Shown here: one piece after another, positions 8,834 through 18,215 of the stretch
Layout: each line of letters opens with the position of its first letter
Numbering within the stretch: position 1 is the first letter of the stretch
Source: a virus
Lineage: Duplodnaviria > Heunggongvirae > Uroviricota > Caudoviricetes
DNA: 47,050 bases
Reading direction: 5' to 3' (one strand)
Virus record (IMG/VR): IMGVR_UViG_3300045051_000179
Location: 1 to 47,050 of that record
Notes under the pieces: generated by a model
What the model was told of the DNA's origin: nothing
The model's database searches: none
What the model saw: only the letters and a program-made list of their open reading frames with translations
Program-made: the position numbers and the translations under genes

Positions 8834-9156
8834 GAGGCTGTTAGCAACTGCTGGATTGCCTTGACGATAGCCTCTCGCTCGGTGTCACCCGAAGTATCCG
8901 TCCAGTAGTGGTCGTTGTAGGAGTTGTAAATCCAACGATGGTCGTCTGTCTGTCTCGGTCGCCAGCCATCGGGCATTACTAGATACGCCCACCACTTGCC
9001 GCCCTTAGCCTGTGATGCATGAAGGGTGGCAGGCGGGAACAGAGACGCCATCACATCGGAGACAAGAGGTCTCGTATGCCCGCTCGTGTTATACCTCTCG
9101 GCCAATCGCTCGATACGATCAGCAATGCTTTGCAGTTCTTGCTGGATGCTGCTCAC
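8830..9156 (-). CDS. hypothetical protein
   Basis: packed ORF. Confidence 0.7.
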   Translation of the reverse strand: MSSIQQELQSIADRIERLAERYNTSGHTRPLVSDVMASLFPPATLHASQAKGGKWWAYLVMPDGWRPRQTDDHRWIYNSYNDHYWTDTSGDTEREAIVKAIQQLLTAS

Positions 9157-9426
9157 TCATTCTCCCTTGTGCTCGAAGGTCTTCCGGTGCAGGACGATGT
9201 TCTTGCCCTTGACGGTGATGGTAATTTCCTCGGCAGGAACAACGAGTTCCTCGGTTATCATCTTGGAGGTCTGGCTAGTGTAGATATCTACGGTCTTCCA
9301 GATGCCATTAGATTGGGTGGCCGGTGCTTCTGCCCTGCCTGCTCTCTTACCCTCACCATATCCGATATACAGAGCGACAAAGACGAGGATTACAAGAGCA
9401 ATCGCCGTCACTACATCAGAATTCAT
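9157..9426 (-). CDS. single-pass membrane protein
   Basis: N-terminal TM segment; start refined. Confidence 0.7.
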   Translation of the reverse strand: MNSDVVTAIALVILVFVALYIGYGEGKRAGRAEAPATQSNGIWKTVDIYTSQTSKMITEELVVPAEEITITVKGKNIVLHRKTFEHKGE

Positions 9427-9605
9427 TCCACTCCCCTCAGTTGCTCGACGGTCCATTCACCACGAATGCTACGACCAGTTTCGACCTTGCCACAGGTCGA
9501 GCATCGATACCCGACAATCGTTCTTGGCCCGGTGATAGACTCATAGACGCTGACATTCACGATTGACCACGTGTGTTTATGTCGATTACCAAACGGCCAC
9601 TTCAT
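9423..9605 (-). CDS. small zinc-ribbon-like protein
   Basis: HKHTW...CSTCG. Confidence 0.65.
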   Translation of the reverse strand: MKWPFGNRHKHTWSIVNVSVYESITGPRTIVGYRCSTCGKVETGRSIRGEWTVEQLRGVE

Positions 9606-9655
9606 GACCCACACCCGATAACAAGGAAGATGAAGATGAGAATGATGAACGGCAT
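9602..9655 (-). CDS. 17-aa hydrophobic micropeptide
   Basis: MPFIILIFIFLVIGCGS; TAATG and ATGA overlaps at both ends; absent from ORF track. Confidence 0.55.
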   Translation of the reverse strand: MPFIILIFIFLVIGCGS

Positions 9656-9873
9656 TACTTGGACGCCTCGATAATCCGAGTCAGTGTATCGCGAACCTGA
9701 ATAGCCTGCTCGCGGTTGATGAAGATAGATGCCTCTTGGTGGAGCGGATGCCGTTGTTCTTGGATGAGGAGATATACCGCAGTCCCGTTTCCGATAAAGG
9801 ACGGCTGTACTGCGAGAAGGTCATCATGGAGGCTAGACTTGATGTCTAGGAACTGGTCATCACTAGCGGCCAT
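9655..9873 (-). CDS. hypothetical protein
   Basis: TAATG overlap. Confidence 0.7.
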   Translation of the reverse strand: MAASDDQFLDIKSSLHDDLLAVQPSFIGNGTAVYLLIQEQRHPLHQEASIFINREQAIQVRDTLTRIIEASK

Positions 9874-10550
9874 TACTTCGTAACCTCCTGATTGTGCTTC
9901 TCACGAAGCCTGACATTCATAGCCTCGACAACCTCGACCGCCTTGGACAGGGCCTCGGCGTAGAGTCGAGCCAGTTTGGGCGTCATCTCGGATGAGACAG
10001 ACGACCGAAGGCTGGCAGGATAAGTGACATCATCGTAAGGACTCTCATCCCTGACGCTGATTTCGAATTGCTGGTTAGCGCGAACCCAACGCTCCTCGTC
10101 AGGATGCTCAATAGCATAGGCATCACGACGAGCAAGGTCTTCCGCATCATAGGCGACCCACTTGCGGACGAGCCCATCGTAATATCGAGTCTCCTCCTCG
10201 TAGGAGAGAAGGTACTCGGGCTCGTTGTCTCGACGCTCCCAATACGTCTTGGCAATCCCTGCCTGACGCTCATGCTCAGCGATATCTCGTTGAACCTTCT
10301 CGGCTGCCTGCTCGACTGTCTTGCGCTCGGCACGGAGGGCTAGAGCACGCTTGGTCACAGGCTCGATGGGCACCCAACCCCACTTCAACTGATAGTTGCT
10401 GCGCTTCTCCGGGCCGGGACCATGGATACCACAACGGGTCTTCTCGTGGGCCAATGCCTGCTGCTCAGGGTCGGTCGGGTCAGTGACAGACAAGTCAGAG
10501 CGCTGGTACTTAGCCTCATGGTTGCACTTGTAATTGCCACACTTGGTCAT
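9873..10550 (-). CDS. hypothetical protein
   Basis: 225 aa; N-terminal C..C/C..H; coiled-coil stretch. Confidence 0.75.
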   Translation of the reverse strand: MTKCGNYKCNHEAKYQRSDLSVTDPTDPEQQALAHEKTRCGIHGPGPEKRSNYQLKWGWVPIEPVTKRALALRAERKTVEQAAEKVQRDIAEHERQAGIAKTYWERRDNEPEYLLSYEEETRYYDGLVRKWVAYDAEDLARRDAYAIEHPDEERWVRANQQFEISVRDESPYDDVTYPASLRSSVSSEMTPKLARLYAEALSKAVEVVEAMNVRLREKHNQEVTK

Positions 10551-10720
10551 CAGAACCCACCCTCATTAGTCTCGTATGCGAGGTTGTCTTCGAAGTCATC
10601 ATCGACCTCGATATCATCCTCTGGATTATAGGGGTAATGGTCGCCTTCGTCAAGGTACAATCCGCAGAATGCACAGGTATCGTACCTCGATCCGAAGACA
10701 GGAACGAATTCGTGCTTCAT
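10550..10720 (-). CDS. small acidic protein
   Basis: 56 aa MKHEF..CAFC..H with D/E-rich tail; fills gap exactly; absent from ORF track. Confidence 0.65.
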   Translation of the reverse strand: MKHEFVPVFGSRYDTCAFCGLYLDEGDHYPYNPEDDIEVDDDFEDNLAYETNEGGF

Positions 10721-10908
10721 GCCTTCTTCCGATCCACAACAATCGCTACGATGCGCCGAACATCAATGGTCAGGATGATGCGCTTAGCGTCGTTGTTCCA
10801 TTCCAGTTTGCTTATCACGCCACCGTTGTGCGTTGCAACGATATGCGTGTCGGGCAACTCGATAACCTGTCCGCTATCGAGGTAGATAAAGGTTGTTTCG
10901 TTCTTCAC
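10717..10908 (-). CDS. hypothetical protein
   Basis: GTGA overlap; start refined. Confidence 0.65.
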   Translation of the reverse strand: MKNETTFIYLDSGQVIELPDTHIVATHNGGVISKLEWNNDAKRIILTIDVRRIVAIVVDRKKA

Positions 10909-11159
10909 TTCTCTCCTACCCATGCATTCAGGCGTGCCGACACAAGGGCATCATCAAGCGAACGATGGCTGATGAGCCCGCTGATGTCGCCAGTCACAGT
11001 GTCGATAGTCGCAGCGTAGTATTTCTGCTCGTCTGTGACAACTGCGCCACCAGTACGATAACCATTTAGCCAGCGTGCAGCGATGAGACGGAACTCCTTA
11101 CCAGCGTAGCGCTCATCACCAATGGCCTTGACCTTATCGCCAATCACAAAGGTCTTCAT
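10905..11159 (-). CDS. hypothetical protein
   Basis: KOW/SH3-like start FVIGDKVK. Confidence 0.7.
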   Translation of the reverse strand: MKTFVIGDKVKAIGDERYAGKEFRLIAARWLNGYRTGGAVVTDEQKYYAATIDTVTGDISGLISHRSLDDALVSARLNAWVGEK

Positions 11160-11353
11160 GGGTTGACCTCATCGAAGATGACATCACCGGGAAGCGTTAC
11201 CTCAACGACACTCAGTTCAGTACCGAATGTCCCGAAGCCGGTCTCGAAGTCCTTCGCGAAACCCTCTGCCTGTTCGCGAAACCCGAAAGGTCCGAAAGCC
11301 TCCGGCTCGCCGTCTGCATCCTCGGCGTCGGTCACAATCACGACAAACATCAC
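11156..11353 (-). CDS. hypothetical protein
   Basis: ATGA overlap. Confidence 0.7.
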   Translation of the reverse strand: MMFVVIVTDAEDADGEPEAFGPFGFREQAEGFAKDFETGFGTFGTELSVVEVTLPGDVIFDEVNP

Positions 11354-11625
11354 AAGTCTCCAATATCAATTGACTGATACCATGGCAACACGTCATCAAG
11401 CGTGCGCTGAAACAGAGCCCAATCGTCAGGCCATGCTCCAATCTCATTCCAGACTTCGACGGCTGCCTTGCAGACAGCAGCAACCTTCTCGGGGTCACCT
11501 GTCTTTCGAGCGCGAGTCAGTGCTGCCTTCTGCTTGGGGAATTCCTTCTGCATCCGGGCATAGTCAATGGGCTTGCGGGCGGGACGATTAGCCTGACGTG
11601 CAAGAGCATCTGCAATAAGGGTCAT
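11350..11625 (-). CDS. conserved phage protein
   Basis: KAALTRA...WPDDW..FQRTLDD pattern; start refined. Confidence 0.75.
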   Translation of the reverse strand: MTLIADALARQANRPARKPIDYARMQKEFPKQKAALTRARKTGDPEKVAAVCKAAVEVWNEIGAWPDDWALFQRTLDDVLPWYQSIDIGDL

Positions 11626-11804
11626 CGCTGCGTCACCCATCCTGCCTCGATCAGACGCATAGCCATCCGACCATACGTACCCTGCAACGTCCAAGCCATG
11701 CCTGTATCAACAAGGTACTGGAACAATTCAATAACGCCATCCATATCGAGTTCGCCAGCCTCGAAATCCATGATGGCTCCGATCAAATCAAAGTTCATTG
11801 TCAA
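11622..11804 (-). CDS. conserved small phage protein
   Basis: [29 protein letters not shown] pattern. Confidence 0.75.
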   Translation of the reverse strand: MTMNFDLIGAIMDFEAGELDMDGVIELFQYLVDTGMAWTLQGTYGRMAMRLIEAGWVTQR

Positions 11805-12049
11805 ACCTCAAACACAATGATGGAGTCAGTACCGGGGATGACATAGCCGTACGGGAAGTCATCCTCATTCAGCATACCAGCCTTGGCCACTGCCTGATAA
11901 TCAAGTTCACGACCGTAGATGACAACCATGCCCTCCTTGGTGATGCCAAGGTGACCATCGACCCGGAAGGCTACGTCACGCATTGCTTCGAACATAGCCT
12001 TGGTGAAGGGCTGTGAGGGCTGGTAGTCAGAGAATTCACCACGACTCAT
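11801..12049 (-). CDS. hypothetical protein
   Basis: ATGA overlap. Confidence 0.7.
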   Translation of the reverse strand: MSRGEFSDYQPSQPFTKAMFEAMRDVAFRVDGHLGITKEGMVVIYGRELDYQAVAKAGMLNEDDFPYGYVIPGTDSIIVFEV

Positions 12050-12285
12050 TCCAGAATTTCCTCCGCGATAAGGCGGAACCGAAACTCCCTAGGCGCGGGC
12101 TTAGACTGGCCAAGCGCAGGATACGCATCGACAAGCGCATCGACAATCTCTTGGGCCTTGGCCTCGGAGATATTACTACAAACGATGGCAGCAGTGTTGC
12201 TGGAGTCGCTGATGTCGAAAGCGGCCTCTCCGTTGGTAATCGGAAGGATGCGCAGTGTCACGCCCTTACGAAGTTCAATACTCAC
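12046..12285 (-). CDS. hypothetical protein
   Basis: GTGA overlap. Confidence 0.7.
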   Translation of the reverse strand: MSIELRKGVTLRILPITNGEAAFDISDSSNTAAIVCSNISEAKAQEIVDALVDAYPALGQSKPAPREFRFRLIAEEILE

Positions 12286-12548
12286 AGGTTCAGCCCTGCC
12301 TTTCGAATTGCTGCGTACGCTGGACGCGACTCGTGCGTGTACCCTGAGGCATGCTCGATACCGGCGAGAAACGCATAGGCAATCTCGGCAACGGCTCGGG
12401 TATTGAGGTCATCGGTCGCCGTGTTTTCGAGGTAGTCACGAAGACCAGCGATCCTGTCGCCTTCCTCGGTATTCACGTCACCGGTCTTGTTGCCCTCGAC
12501 ATCGGCCAGAGCCTCATCGAGAGTGTCCAGAACTGGCTTGATGTTCAT
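12282..12548 (-). CDS. hypothetical protein
   Basis: AGGAG RBS; start refined. Confidence 0.7.
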   Translation of the reverse strand: MNIKPVLDTLDEALADVEGNKTGDVNTEEGDRIAGLRDYLENTATDDLNTRAVAEIAYAFLAGIEHASGYTHESRPAYAAIRKAGLNL

Positions 12549-12556
12549 CGATCCTC

Positions 12557-12934
12557 CTAGATGAATGACTGACGGGCCATCAACTCGGCCCCAATGACAG
12601 TCGAGCAATCAAGACGACCATCATGGTCGGCGTGCTGAGGATTACGGAGGTCGCCGTACCTGTCTCGGCACAGGCTCTTGTCCTTGGGCGTGATGGAATT
12701 GAATGGCTTCCACTCGGGGTCATAGAGCGCTCGACGCATGACGCCGATCCCGACAGCCTTGGCAATCTGGCCAAGCAGGGTCGGATGCTCGTTGGCAAGG
12801 GCCGTAGCGAAAGCATCGAACCCGACGATACCAACTCCATTGATGAATGAGGACAGGCTATCAACGAGAGCCTTAGCCTTCTGCTCGGCCTCGTACTTCC
12901 GCTGCTCCTGACGTACCTCGAACGTTTCGTTCAT
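12557..12934 (-). CDS. hypothetical protein
   Basis: AGGAG RBS; EHPTL and DGRL motifs. Confidence 0.7.
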   Translation of the reverse strand: MNETFEVRQEQRKYEAEQKAKALVDSLSSFINGVGIVGFDAFATALANEHPTLLGQIAKAVGIGVMRRALYDPEWKPFNSITPKDKSLCRDRYGDLRNPQHADHDGRLDCSTVIGAELMARQSFI

Positions 12935-12973
12935 CGTGTCTCCTGTGTTCATACTGCCATCATAGCGGCTTGC

Positions 12974-13171
12974 TCAGGACTTGTCAATATCCCTTCGCTC
13001 AACCTCAATGACAAGTCGGCCATGAGTGTTGAGGGAGAAGACTTCCGTGACATCGGCATCAAACGACTCGCTCGGAGCGCTGGATGGAAAGACCACAACC
13101 TGAACCTGCCTGTATCCGCGAACGAATTGCTTTGCCTCAATAAGACGAGCAATCAGTTCATCAAGCGTCAT
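12974..13171 (-). CDS. hypothetical protein
   Basis: ATGA overlap. Confidence 0.65.
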   Translation of the reverse strand: MTLDELIARLIEAKQFVRGYRQVQVVVFPSSAPSESFDADVTEVFSLNTHGRLVIEVERRDIDKS

Positions 13172-13431
13172 TCCTCATCCTCCATATCCGTGAACAGTGA
13201 CTCAACAACTACCTCAGGAGCAATGCCCTTGCCAATCATCTTGGATAAGGCATCACCAGCAGCAGTCCATGAGTCGCCATAGTGTGACTCGCCAAGGACC
13301 CAATTGCCGAAGCCCTTGACAAAAACACTCTCACCACCGTCGAAGAAATGCTGCTCGACCGTGAAGCCAAGAGGCCCAAGGGCATGCAGCAAAGTTTCAT
13401 ACTTGATGTTGGTGATGTTGCGATCAGTCAT
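13168..13431 (-). CDS. hypothetical protein
   Basis: ATGA overlap. Confidence 0.7.
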   Translation of the reverse strand: MTDRNITNIKYETLLHALGPLGFTVEQHFFDGGESVFVKGFGNWVLGESHYGDSWTAAGDALSKMIGKGIAPEVVVESLFTDMEDEE

Positions 13432-13652
13432 CGATCCGTAGTCCTGACGGTGACGTATTCCACCCTTGCATTCTCCGGCGCAGGGTAGCCTTCCTCGGGA
13501 AGCAGGGCATACCAGACACCAGCAATACCCTGCGCCCTGTATTCTGCCGGGATAAAGTATGCCTTACCTCCACCCAATTGCATCAGGCGAGAGGTAGGAA
13601 TACCGGGCAGGACTTCACCTGTTCCTACCTTGATAACCTCGATGTCTCTCAT
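13428..13652 (-). CDS. hypothetical protein
   Basis: ATGA overlap; start refined. Confidence 0.65.
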   Translation of the reverse strand: MRDIEVIKVGTGEVLPGIPTSRLMQLGGGKAYFIPAEYRAQGIAGVWYALLPEEGYPAPENARVEYVTVRTTDR

Positions 13653-13834
13653 GCTGTCCCAAGGAAGGTTGCATTCGGGCAATGCCCGTGGTCAGTCTCC
13701 CCGTCATGAAGACAGAGAATGTAGGTGGATGACTCATGGATATGGGGCTCGCATGAAGCGCTACAGGTGCATTCCTGCTCGGACATGGCGACCTGTTCGC
13801 GCTCGGCTTCGAAGCCCATGCTGCACTGGTACAT
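13649..13834 (-). CDS. small Cys/His-rich protein
   Basis: fills gap between neighbours. Confidence 0.55.
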   Translation of the reverse strand: MYQCSMGFEAEREQVAMSEQECTCSASCEPHIHESSTYILCLHDGETDHGHCPNATFLGTA

Positions 13835-14050
13835 TTACGACTGCCCTCCAAAGACTTCCACGAACCTCTGGTACGTGGACTCATCCTGAGCGACCAGCGT
13901 GATGCCCTTGCCATTGACCGATCCTGACACGTAGCCAACCATCGGCCCATCACGAAGGTCACATCCGCAGGGACAGGGCCGCTGCGCCCTGACCGGTCGG
14001 TTCTGGTCCACGTTCGGACCCTGCCAAAGGGTGACTTCGACGGTGTTCAT
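13835..14050 (-). CDS. hypothetical protein
   Basis: CPCGCD motif; ATGA overlap. Confidence 0.65.
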   Translation of the reverse strand: MNTVEVTLWQGPNVDQNRPVRAQRPCPCGCDLRDGPMVGYVSGSVNGKGITLVAQDESTYQRFVEVFGGQS

Positions 14051-14985
14051 GCTGCAATCTCCTGCTCGCTCTCGATGTTCTCTGCCTTGATACCCTGCTC
14101 GCCAAGGATGTAATCGCATGCCTTTTGTGCTCTGCCAGCAGCGGTGATGACCAACTTCGGGTCGGCCTTAATCTTCTCGATCCAGCCGCCGATGTACGAA
14201 GCAGTGTCCTCGATGATGTCGTCAGGCAGCCCTGCCATTGAAGACAGGAAGGCAGTAGCAAAGTCAGCGGTCAATTCCTCGACACCATACTCATGCGTCC
14301 CGAAGAAATTTGCCATGTCACGGTTAAGTCGGTCCCTGTGACCAGTGCTATGCGAACCCTCATGAAACAGAGTCCGATAGAATTTGAAATTGGACAGGAA
14401 GTTTTCCTTCTTCGGCAGGTGAATACTATCCTCGCTCGGGACATAGTAGGCTCGGTCGCCACCATCGAAGTGAACAAGAGGCCGATCCTTGAAGCCCTGC
14501 CAAATCGCCTCAGCCTCGGCAATGGGGTCGAATTCAATGGCTCCCTCAACAGGTGCATTCAACGCATCGAGCGAAGCCTGAACCTTCTTGGGAAACTTGC
14601 ACCCTTCTGTTTGGGCCACATTAAAGACAGTGTAATATCGAAGCGTGAGCAGACGCTTGCGAACGGTCTTGCCCTTCTTCTCGTCAAACTCATCCTTCTC
14701 AAAGGGCTGCCAGAGAATGACGCTCATGCCCTTCTGGCCCGCAGTGACCTTGCCACCAAGGGCAACGGCCTGCTTGTAGGTCAGGAAGTATGGGGACTCA
14801 TATCCAAGCATGGACAGGAGCCAGAGGTTGATGCCACGGTAGGCAGTGCCACGGATGTTGCGCGGGATGTTTCCGGTGCGACCACCGATCCAACCCTTGC
14901 GCCACGGAACGATGCCACGATCAAGGGCATCAAGGATGCGGCTGGTAATGATTTCGTAAACGCTTGTCTTCTCGCCCTTCGTCAT
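14047..14985 (-). CDS. ardC: ArdC-like ssDNA-binding antirestriction protein with zincin-like domain
   Basis: IVPWRKGW, YRGIN..LL, Y.VFNVAQ, HEGSHSTGH..RLNR, YGVEELTA. Confidence 0.9.
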   Translation of the reverse strand: MTKGEKTSVYEIITSRILDALDRGIVPWRKGWIGGRTGNIPRNIRGTAYRGINLWLLSMLGYESPYFLTYKQAVALGGKVTAGQKGMSVILWQPFEKDEFDEKKGKTVRKRLLTLRYYTVFNVAQTEGCKFPKKVQASLDALNAPVEGAIEFDPIAEAEAIWQGFKDRPLVHFDGGDRAYYVPSEDSIHLPKKENFLSNFKFYRTLFHEGSHSTGHRDRLNRDMANFFGTHEYGVEELTADFATAFLSSMAGLPDDIIEDTASYIGGWIEKIKADPKLVITAAGRAQKACDYILGEQGIKAENIESEQEIAA

Positions 14986-15191
14986 CGAACAACCTCCACA
15001 GGGTACAGGCCGAATGAATGCCACCGATCCAAGGTGAACCTCGGAGCACGCAGGGTCAGGACGAATTCCTCATCCCGGTCGCGGTCCCAAGTCTCGACCG
15101 TGGCCCGGTCGTACCGAAGCATGTCGAACAGGCCAGCCATGTCATAGGTCCGGTTGGCCCTGACCTTGACGGTGTAAGTAGGGAAATTCAC
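14982..15191 (-). CDS. hypothetical phage protein
   Basis: DMLRYD...T.DRW.SFG pattern. Confidence 0.75.
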   Translation of the reverse strand: MNFPTYTVKVRANRTYDMAGLFDMLRYDRATVETWDRDRDEEFVLTLRAPRFTLDRWHSFGLYPVEVVR

Positions 15192-15431
15192 TCAGTCCTC
15201 CAACTGGTAGATGTGCTGGACCTGAGACACGTTGACCGGACCAAGGTCCGGGTCGTTGAACCGGAAGCGCTCACCGATGCGGGGCTCGGCCCCGATGACC
15301 GGGCCGCTGTAGATGCGGTCGGTGGGCATGAGCGGGGAGTCGAAGGACACCCTGCCCTCAATGAACGTGCTATCGCCGGGGTATTTCTTGCCGACGTAGA
15401 CGCTCTGGCCGGTGACGATGATGACTCGCAC
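15192..15431 (-). CDS. hypothetical protein
   Basis: GGAGG RBS plus GTG. Confidence 0.7.
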   Translation of the reverse strand: MRVIIVTGQSVYVGKKYPGDSTFIEGRVSFDSPLMPTDRIYSGPVIGAEPRIGERFRFNDPDLGPVNVSQVQHIYQLED

Positions 15432-15471
15432 TTACTTCCTCCAATCAAGGGGGTCGATTGATGTGATGTAG

Positions 15472-15500
15472 ATATTAGCGGGTGACGGGACGGTTGTCAA
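15472..15500 (-). promoter_or_regulatory. sigma70-type promoter
   Basis: TTGACA-17-TAATAT. Confidence 0.7.
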
Positions 15501-15504
15501 TACC

Positions 15505-15783
15505 CTACTTACCAAGAACGATCCCGATCCGCAGTTCTGCACCAGCATCAATGCCTTTGAGGTTCGGATGGATTTGCACCAGCACCTTGGTCAGGTCGCG
15601 AATGTACTGGACAAGTTCATCACGTTGAAGACGTGCCTTCTGCTCGGCACTCGCAGCCAGACTCAGGTTCGTATCAGCAATATCGAGCGCTCGCTTGGCG
15701 GCATCGAAGTCTTCAATCGGGACCGCCACCCAATTGCCCTTGAACCCCTTCTCATCACTGATAAGGACGTTTCGATTAAGCAC
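15505..15783 (-). CDS. coiled-coil hypothetical protein
   Basis: GGAG RBS plus GTG 15783. Confidence 0.6.
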   Translation of the reverse strand: MLNRNVLISDEKGFKGNWVAVPIEDFDAAKRALDIADTNLSLAASAEQKARLQRDELVQYIRDLTKVLVQIHPNLKGIDAGAELRIGIVLGK

Positions 15784-16123
15784 GTTCGACCTTCTCCTTC
15801 CCATACAGCAGGGACAGCATGACCTGATAAGCATCGGTAATTCCGAAGCCGATGGACTCAATCGTATAGAACGATGTCGATCCATTCGCATCGACCAGCA
15901 GGACATCGCCCGTGCTCAGCGAGCGAACGTATGAGGGCCAGCGATTGTCCTCGTAATCGTAGCCGATCCGATTGCCAATCTCGAATGCCCTGTTGAGCGC
16001 AGCATCGATGTCGTCTGCCTTTATTCGGATAGTGACCTCGTGCGTGAGTTTGTCAGTACCTTCCTCGTACTTCCAGAAGCGACCCTCACCACTGTTGATG
16101 AGGGCTGCGACGGTGTAAATCAT
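15776..16123 (-). CDS. hypothetical protein
   Basis: GGAGG RBS; RSLSTGDV motif. Confidence 0.75.
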   Translation of the reverse strand: MIYTVAALINSGEGRFWKYEEGTDKLTHEVTIRIKADDIDAALNRAFEIGNRIGYDYEDNRWPSYVRSLSTGDVLLVDANGSTSFYTIESIGFGITDAYQVMLSLLYGKEKVERA

Positions 16124-16206
16124 GCAATCCTCCGTTCGATGTAATCGCCAATCGGACAACCGATGACGAAGAACAGGCTGATGACGATTATGACGATGCC
16201 GATCAT
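16120..16206 (-). CDS. 28-aa membrane micropeptide
   Basis: MIGIVIIVISLFFVIGCPIGDYIERRIA; ATGA overlaps both ends; absent from ORF track. Confidence 0.6.
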   Translation of the reverse strand: MIGIVIIVISLFFVIGCPIGDYIERRIA

Positions 16207-16406
16207 AGCAACTCCTTGATAAGTCTCATGGCTTCGGCAAAGTCAGGATGAGCGCTGTTGCGAATACCAAGATTGCGCGACAACCAACGCACATCGTTCT
16301 GCCGGAGTATCGGCACATCCATCTTATTGAGGATGACCTGTAACCTGATAACTCGCCAACGGTGCTGCATATGGCGGCTCAGGTCGTCGCCTAACTGCGC
16401 ATCCAT
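16203..16406 (-). CDS. hypothetical protein
   Basis: TAATG overlap. Confidence 0.65.
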   Translation of the reverse strand: MDAQLGDDLSRHMQHRWRVIRLQVILNKMDVPILRQNDVRWLSRNLGIRNSAHPDFAEAMRLIKELL

Positions 16407-16576
16407 TACTGGTATTCGTACCTCACTACATCGTTCTTGCCACGACCAGTTACGATCATGTCACCGTACTTCAAGCACTTGGCGTCGGCCCGATACCGGA
16501 AGTTATGTCGAATGACATGATAGACGAGTGACTCTATCGTGTCAAGACAGAAGTCACACTTCACGGCTCGCTTCAT
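16406..16576 (-). CDS. small Cys protein
   Basis: CDFC..C; start refined. Confidence 0.6.
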   Translation of the reverse strand: MKRAVKCDFCLDTIESLVYHVIRHNFRYRADAKCLKYGDMIVTGRGKNDVVRYEYQ

Positions 16577-16818
16577 CGTGACTTTACCGTGAGCCCACAT
16601 GCATTGCACGGGACCACATCATCCCGGTCGTGGTCGTAATACCACGGCTTGTCATCGGGCTCGACATACGTCGATCCGTCCAAGCGAGTGAAGATATTGT
16701 CAGGCAGGGACGACCAGCGGATGCCACACTTGGTGATATCGTCATCCTCCGTCCGTGCGTCGATGTCTAGCACATGCTCGGTGAGAGTATCGGGCTCGGT
16801 CCAGATGTATGCAAACAT
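16573..16818 (-). CDS. hypothetical protein
   Basis: H..TKCG...CNAC; TAATG overlap. Confidence 0.65.
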   Translation of the reverse strand: MFAYIWTEPDTLTEHVLDIDARTEDDDITKCGIRWSSLPDNIFTRLDGSTYVEPDDKPWYYDHDRDDVVPCNACGLTVKSR

Positions 16819-17048
16819 TAGATGTATTCCTCCATCTGCATCGAGCGAGTCATATCTCGCAACGTATGGCCGCATTCGAATTCTACTGATAGGTTCGCCC
16901 ACGATCCGTAATCGTCACCGACTACTTCACGAGTGGCGATGACCCGCAATGGACGATTGCATATCACGACTACATCATTGTTGCTCGTGATGACAGGGCA
17001 TGCATTCAATTCGACACTGTTGATTGACAGAGTTTCGATATCGCTCAC
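16818..17048 (-). CDS. hypothetical protein
   Basis: GTGA overlap; ECGH motif. Confidence 0.6.
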   Translation of the reverse strand: MSDIETLSINSVELNACPVITSNNDVVVICNRPLRVIATREVVGDDYGSWANLSVEFECGHTLRDMTRSMQMEEYI

Positions 17049-17314
17049 AGTGTTGCTCCTTCTCCACCAATCGGCCAATTCAGCCGACACTCACGACAGA
17101 CTAGACCACGATCCTCGATGGTGAGAATGTTCTCGCACTCGGTGCATTGTAGCGTCTTCTCGACCACCGGGATAACGTAGGTTCCGCCATCGGCTCGCTC
17201 GATAGGCGGGTTGTCGCTCGGCGCGACGATCCATGAGACAGGCACCTGACCCGTGCGATTGCGCAAGTCAAGGTCGCGAGCGATGTCTTGAAGGTCGAAG
17301 ATGTCGATGCTCAT
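17045..17314 (-). CDS. zinc-ribbon protein
   Basis: CTEC..CREC. Confidence 0.7.
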   Translation of the reverse strand: MSIDIFDLQDIARDLDLRNRTGQVPVSWIVAPSDNPPIERADGGTYVIPVVEKTLQCTECENILTIEDRGLVCRECRLNWPIGGEGATL

Positions 17315-17538
17315 TTGTTCTCCAATCTCAGCACGGCATCGTGCATGCGATCCATGCTGGTCAGGCTCGGGCCGAAGCCCGTGAAGTCATGCTTGAATAG
17401 CGGCTTGCTGTAGTCGTAATCTCCCTTCGGAGGTGGAACGTGCCGCTCCGTCACGAGACTATCTTCGTAACACAGCCCACACCGAAACTCGTCACACACT
17501 TCAACCATTTGTGTGTGATGCACGGGACATTCAGTCAT
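17311..17538 (-). CDS. hypothetical protein
   Basis: CPVH..CGLC; start refined. Confidence 0.65.
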   Translation of the reverse strand: MTECPVHHTQMVEVCDEFRCGLCYEDSLVTERHVPPPKGDYDYSKPLFKHDFTGFGPSLTSMDRMHDAVLRLENK

Positions 17539-17938
17539 CGTCTTCGACTTCTCCATGCTTGCGTTCGAATTCCTCAGCCGCTCGACGGCCAATCTCGTTC
17601 TCGATGTGGTCATACGCTCGGGCATGACCCTTCTCATCGAGCCTGCAATTGCGGACCCTGCACTTGAATGTTCGCTTGTCTGCCATCGTTGTACCTCGCA
17701 CTTCGATGAAGTCAATGATATCTCCGGTGTCAAGCATTGTCACGACCGCGATGCGATCTGCATTCTCGGTCGGCCCGACAACGATACGTGCATCCGGGTT
17801 ATGCTTGCGATTGATCGCTACTGCACTTGCGATGTAGCGATCTTGCTCGGCAAGCGCACCGTTGTATCGCCGCGTAGTAGCGACGACAATCTCAGGTGCG
17901 TTGCCGATGTTCTTGGAAGTGATGACTTGGTATTTCAC
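17531..17938 (-). CDS. hypothetical protein, possible internal in-frame start at MADKR
   Basis: GTGA overlap; internal GAGGT RBS. Confidence 0.6.
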   Translation of the reverse strand: MKYQVITSKNIGNAPEIVVATTRRYNGALAEQDRYIASAVAINRKHNPDARIVVGPTENADRIAVVTMLDTGDIIDFIEVRGTTMADKRTFKCRVRNCRLDEKGHARAYDHIENEIGRRAAEEFERKHGEVEDDD

Positions 17939-18012
17939 CTGTAGTACACCACAATCAGCGCTGCGACAAACAGCACGACTGGAATGTAGATTGCTAGACG
18001 AGACAGTTTCAC
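17935..18012 (-). CDS. 25-aa membrane micropeptide
   Basis: MKLSRLAIYIPVVLFVAALIVVYYR; AGGAG RBS; GTGA overlaps; absent from ORF track. Confidence 0.6.
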   Translation of the reverse strand: MKLSRLAIYIPVVLFVAALIVVYYR

Positions 18013-18215
18013 CAGTCAACTCCTAATCTCGCTGCCGCAGCAGCATTCTCTGCGTCTGTACCTTCATCGTTTCGATGCAGCGCAATCATCCATGCAGGAC
18101 GTTCACGCATTCTCACCATGCCAGACGAATGCTCACGAGTAGAACGTCGATGACGCTTCGTGGATAGATGCGTCACGCCTCGTGTATTCGTCTGGCACGT
18201 GTAGCAGTATTTCAT
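18009..18215 (-). CDS. small basic Cys/His protein
   Basis: CYTC..H..H. Confidence 0.6.
   Translation of the reverse strand: MKYCYTCQTNTRGVTHLSTKRHRRSTREHSSGMVRMRERPAWMIALHRNDEGTDAENAAAAARLGVDW

Noticed and set aside
17531-17938. In-frame two-gene fusion with internal RBS before MADKR
   Set aside because: Real pattern but cannot be distinguished from a chance internal Met with a GAGG; low support.
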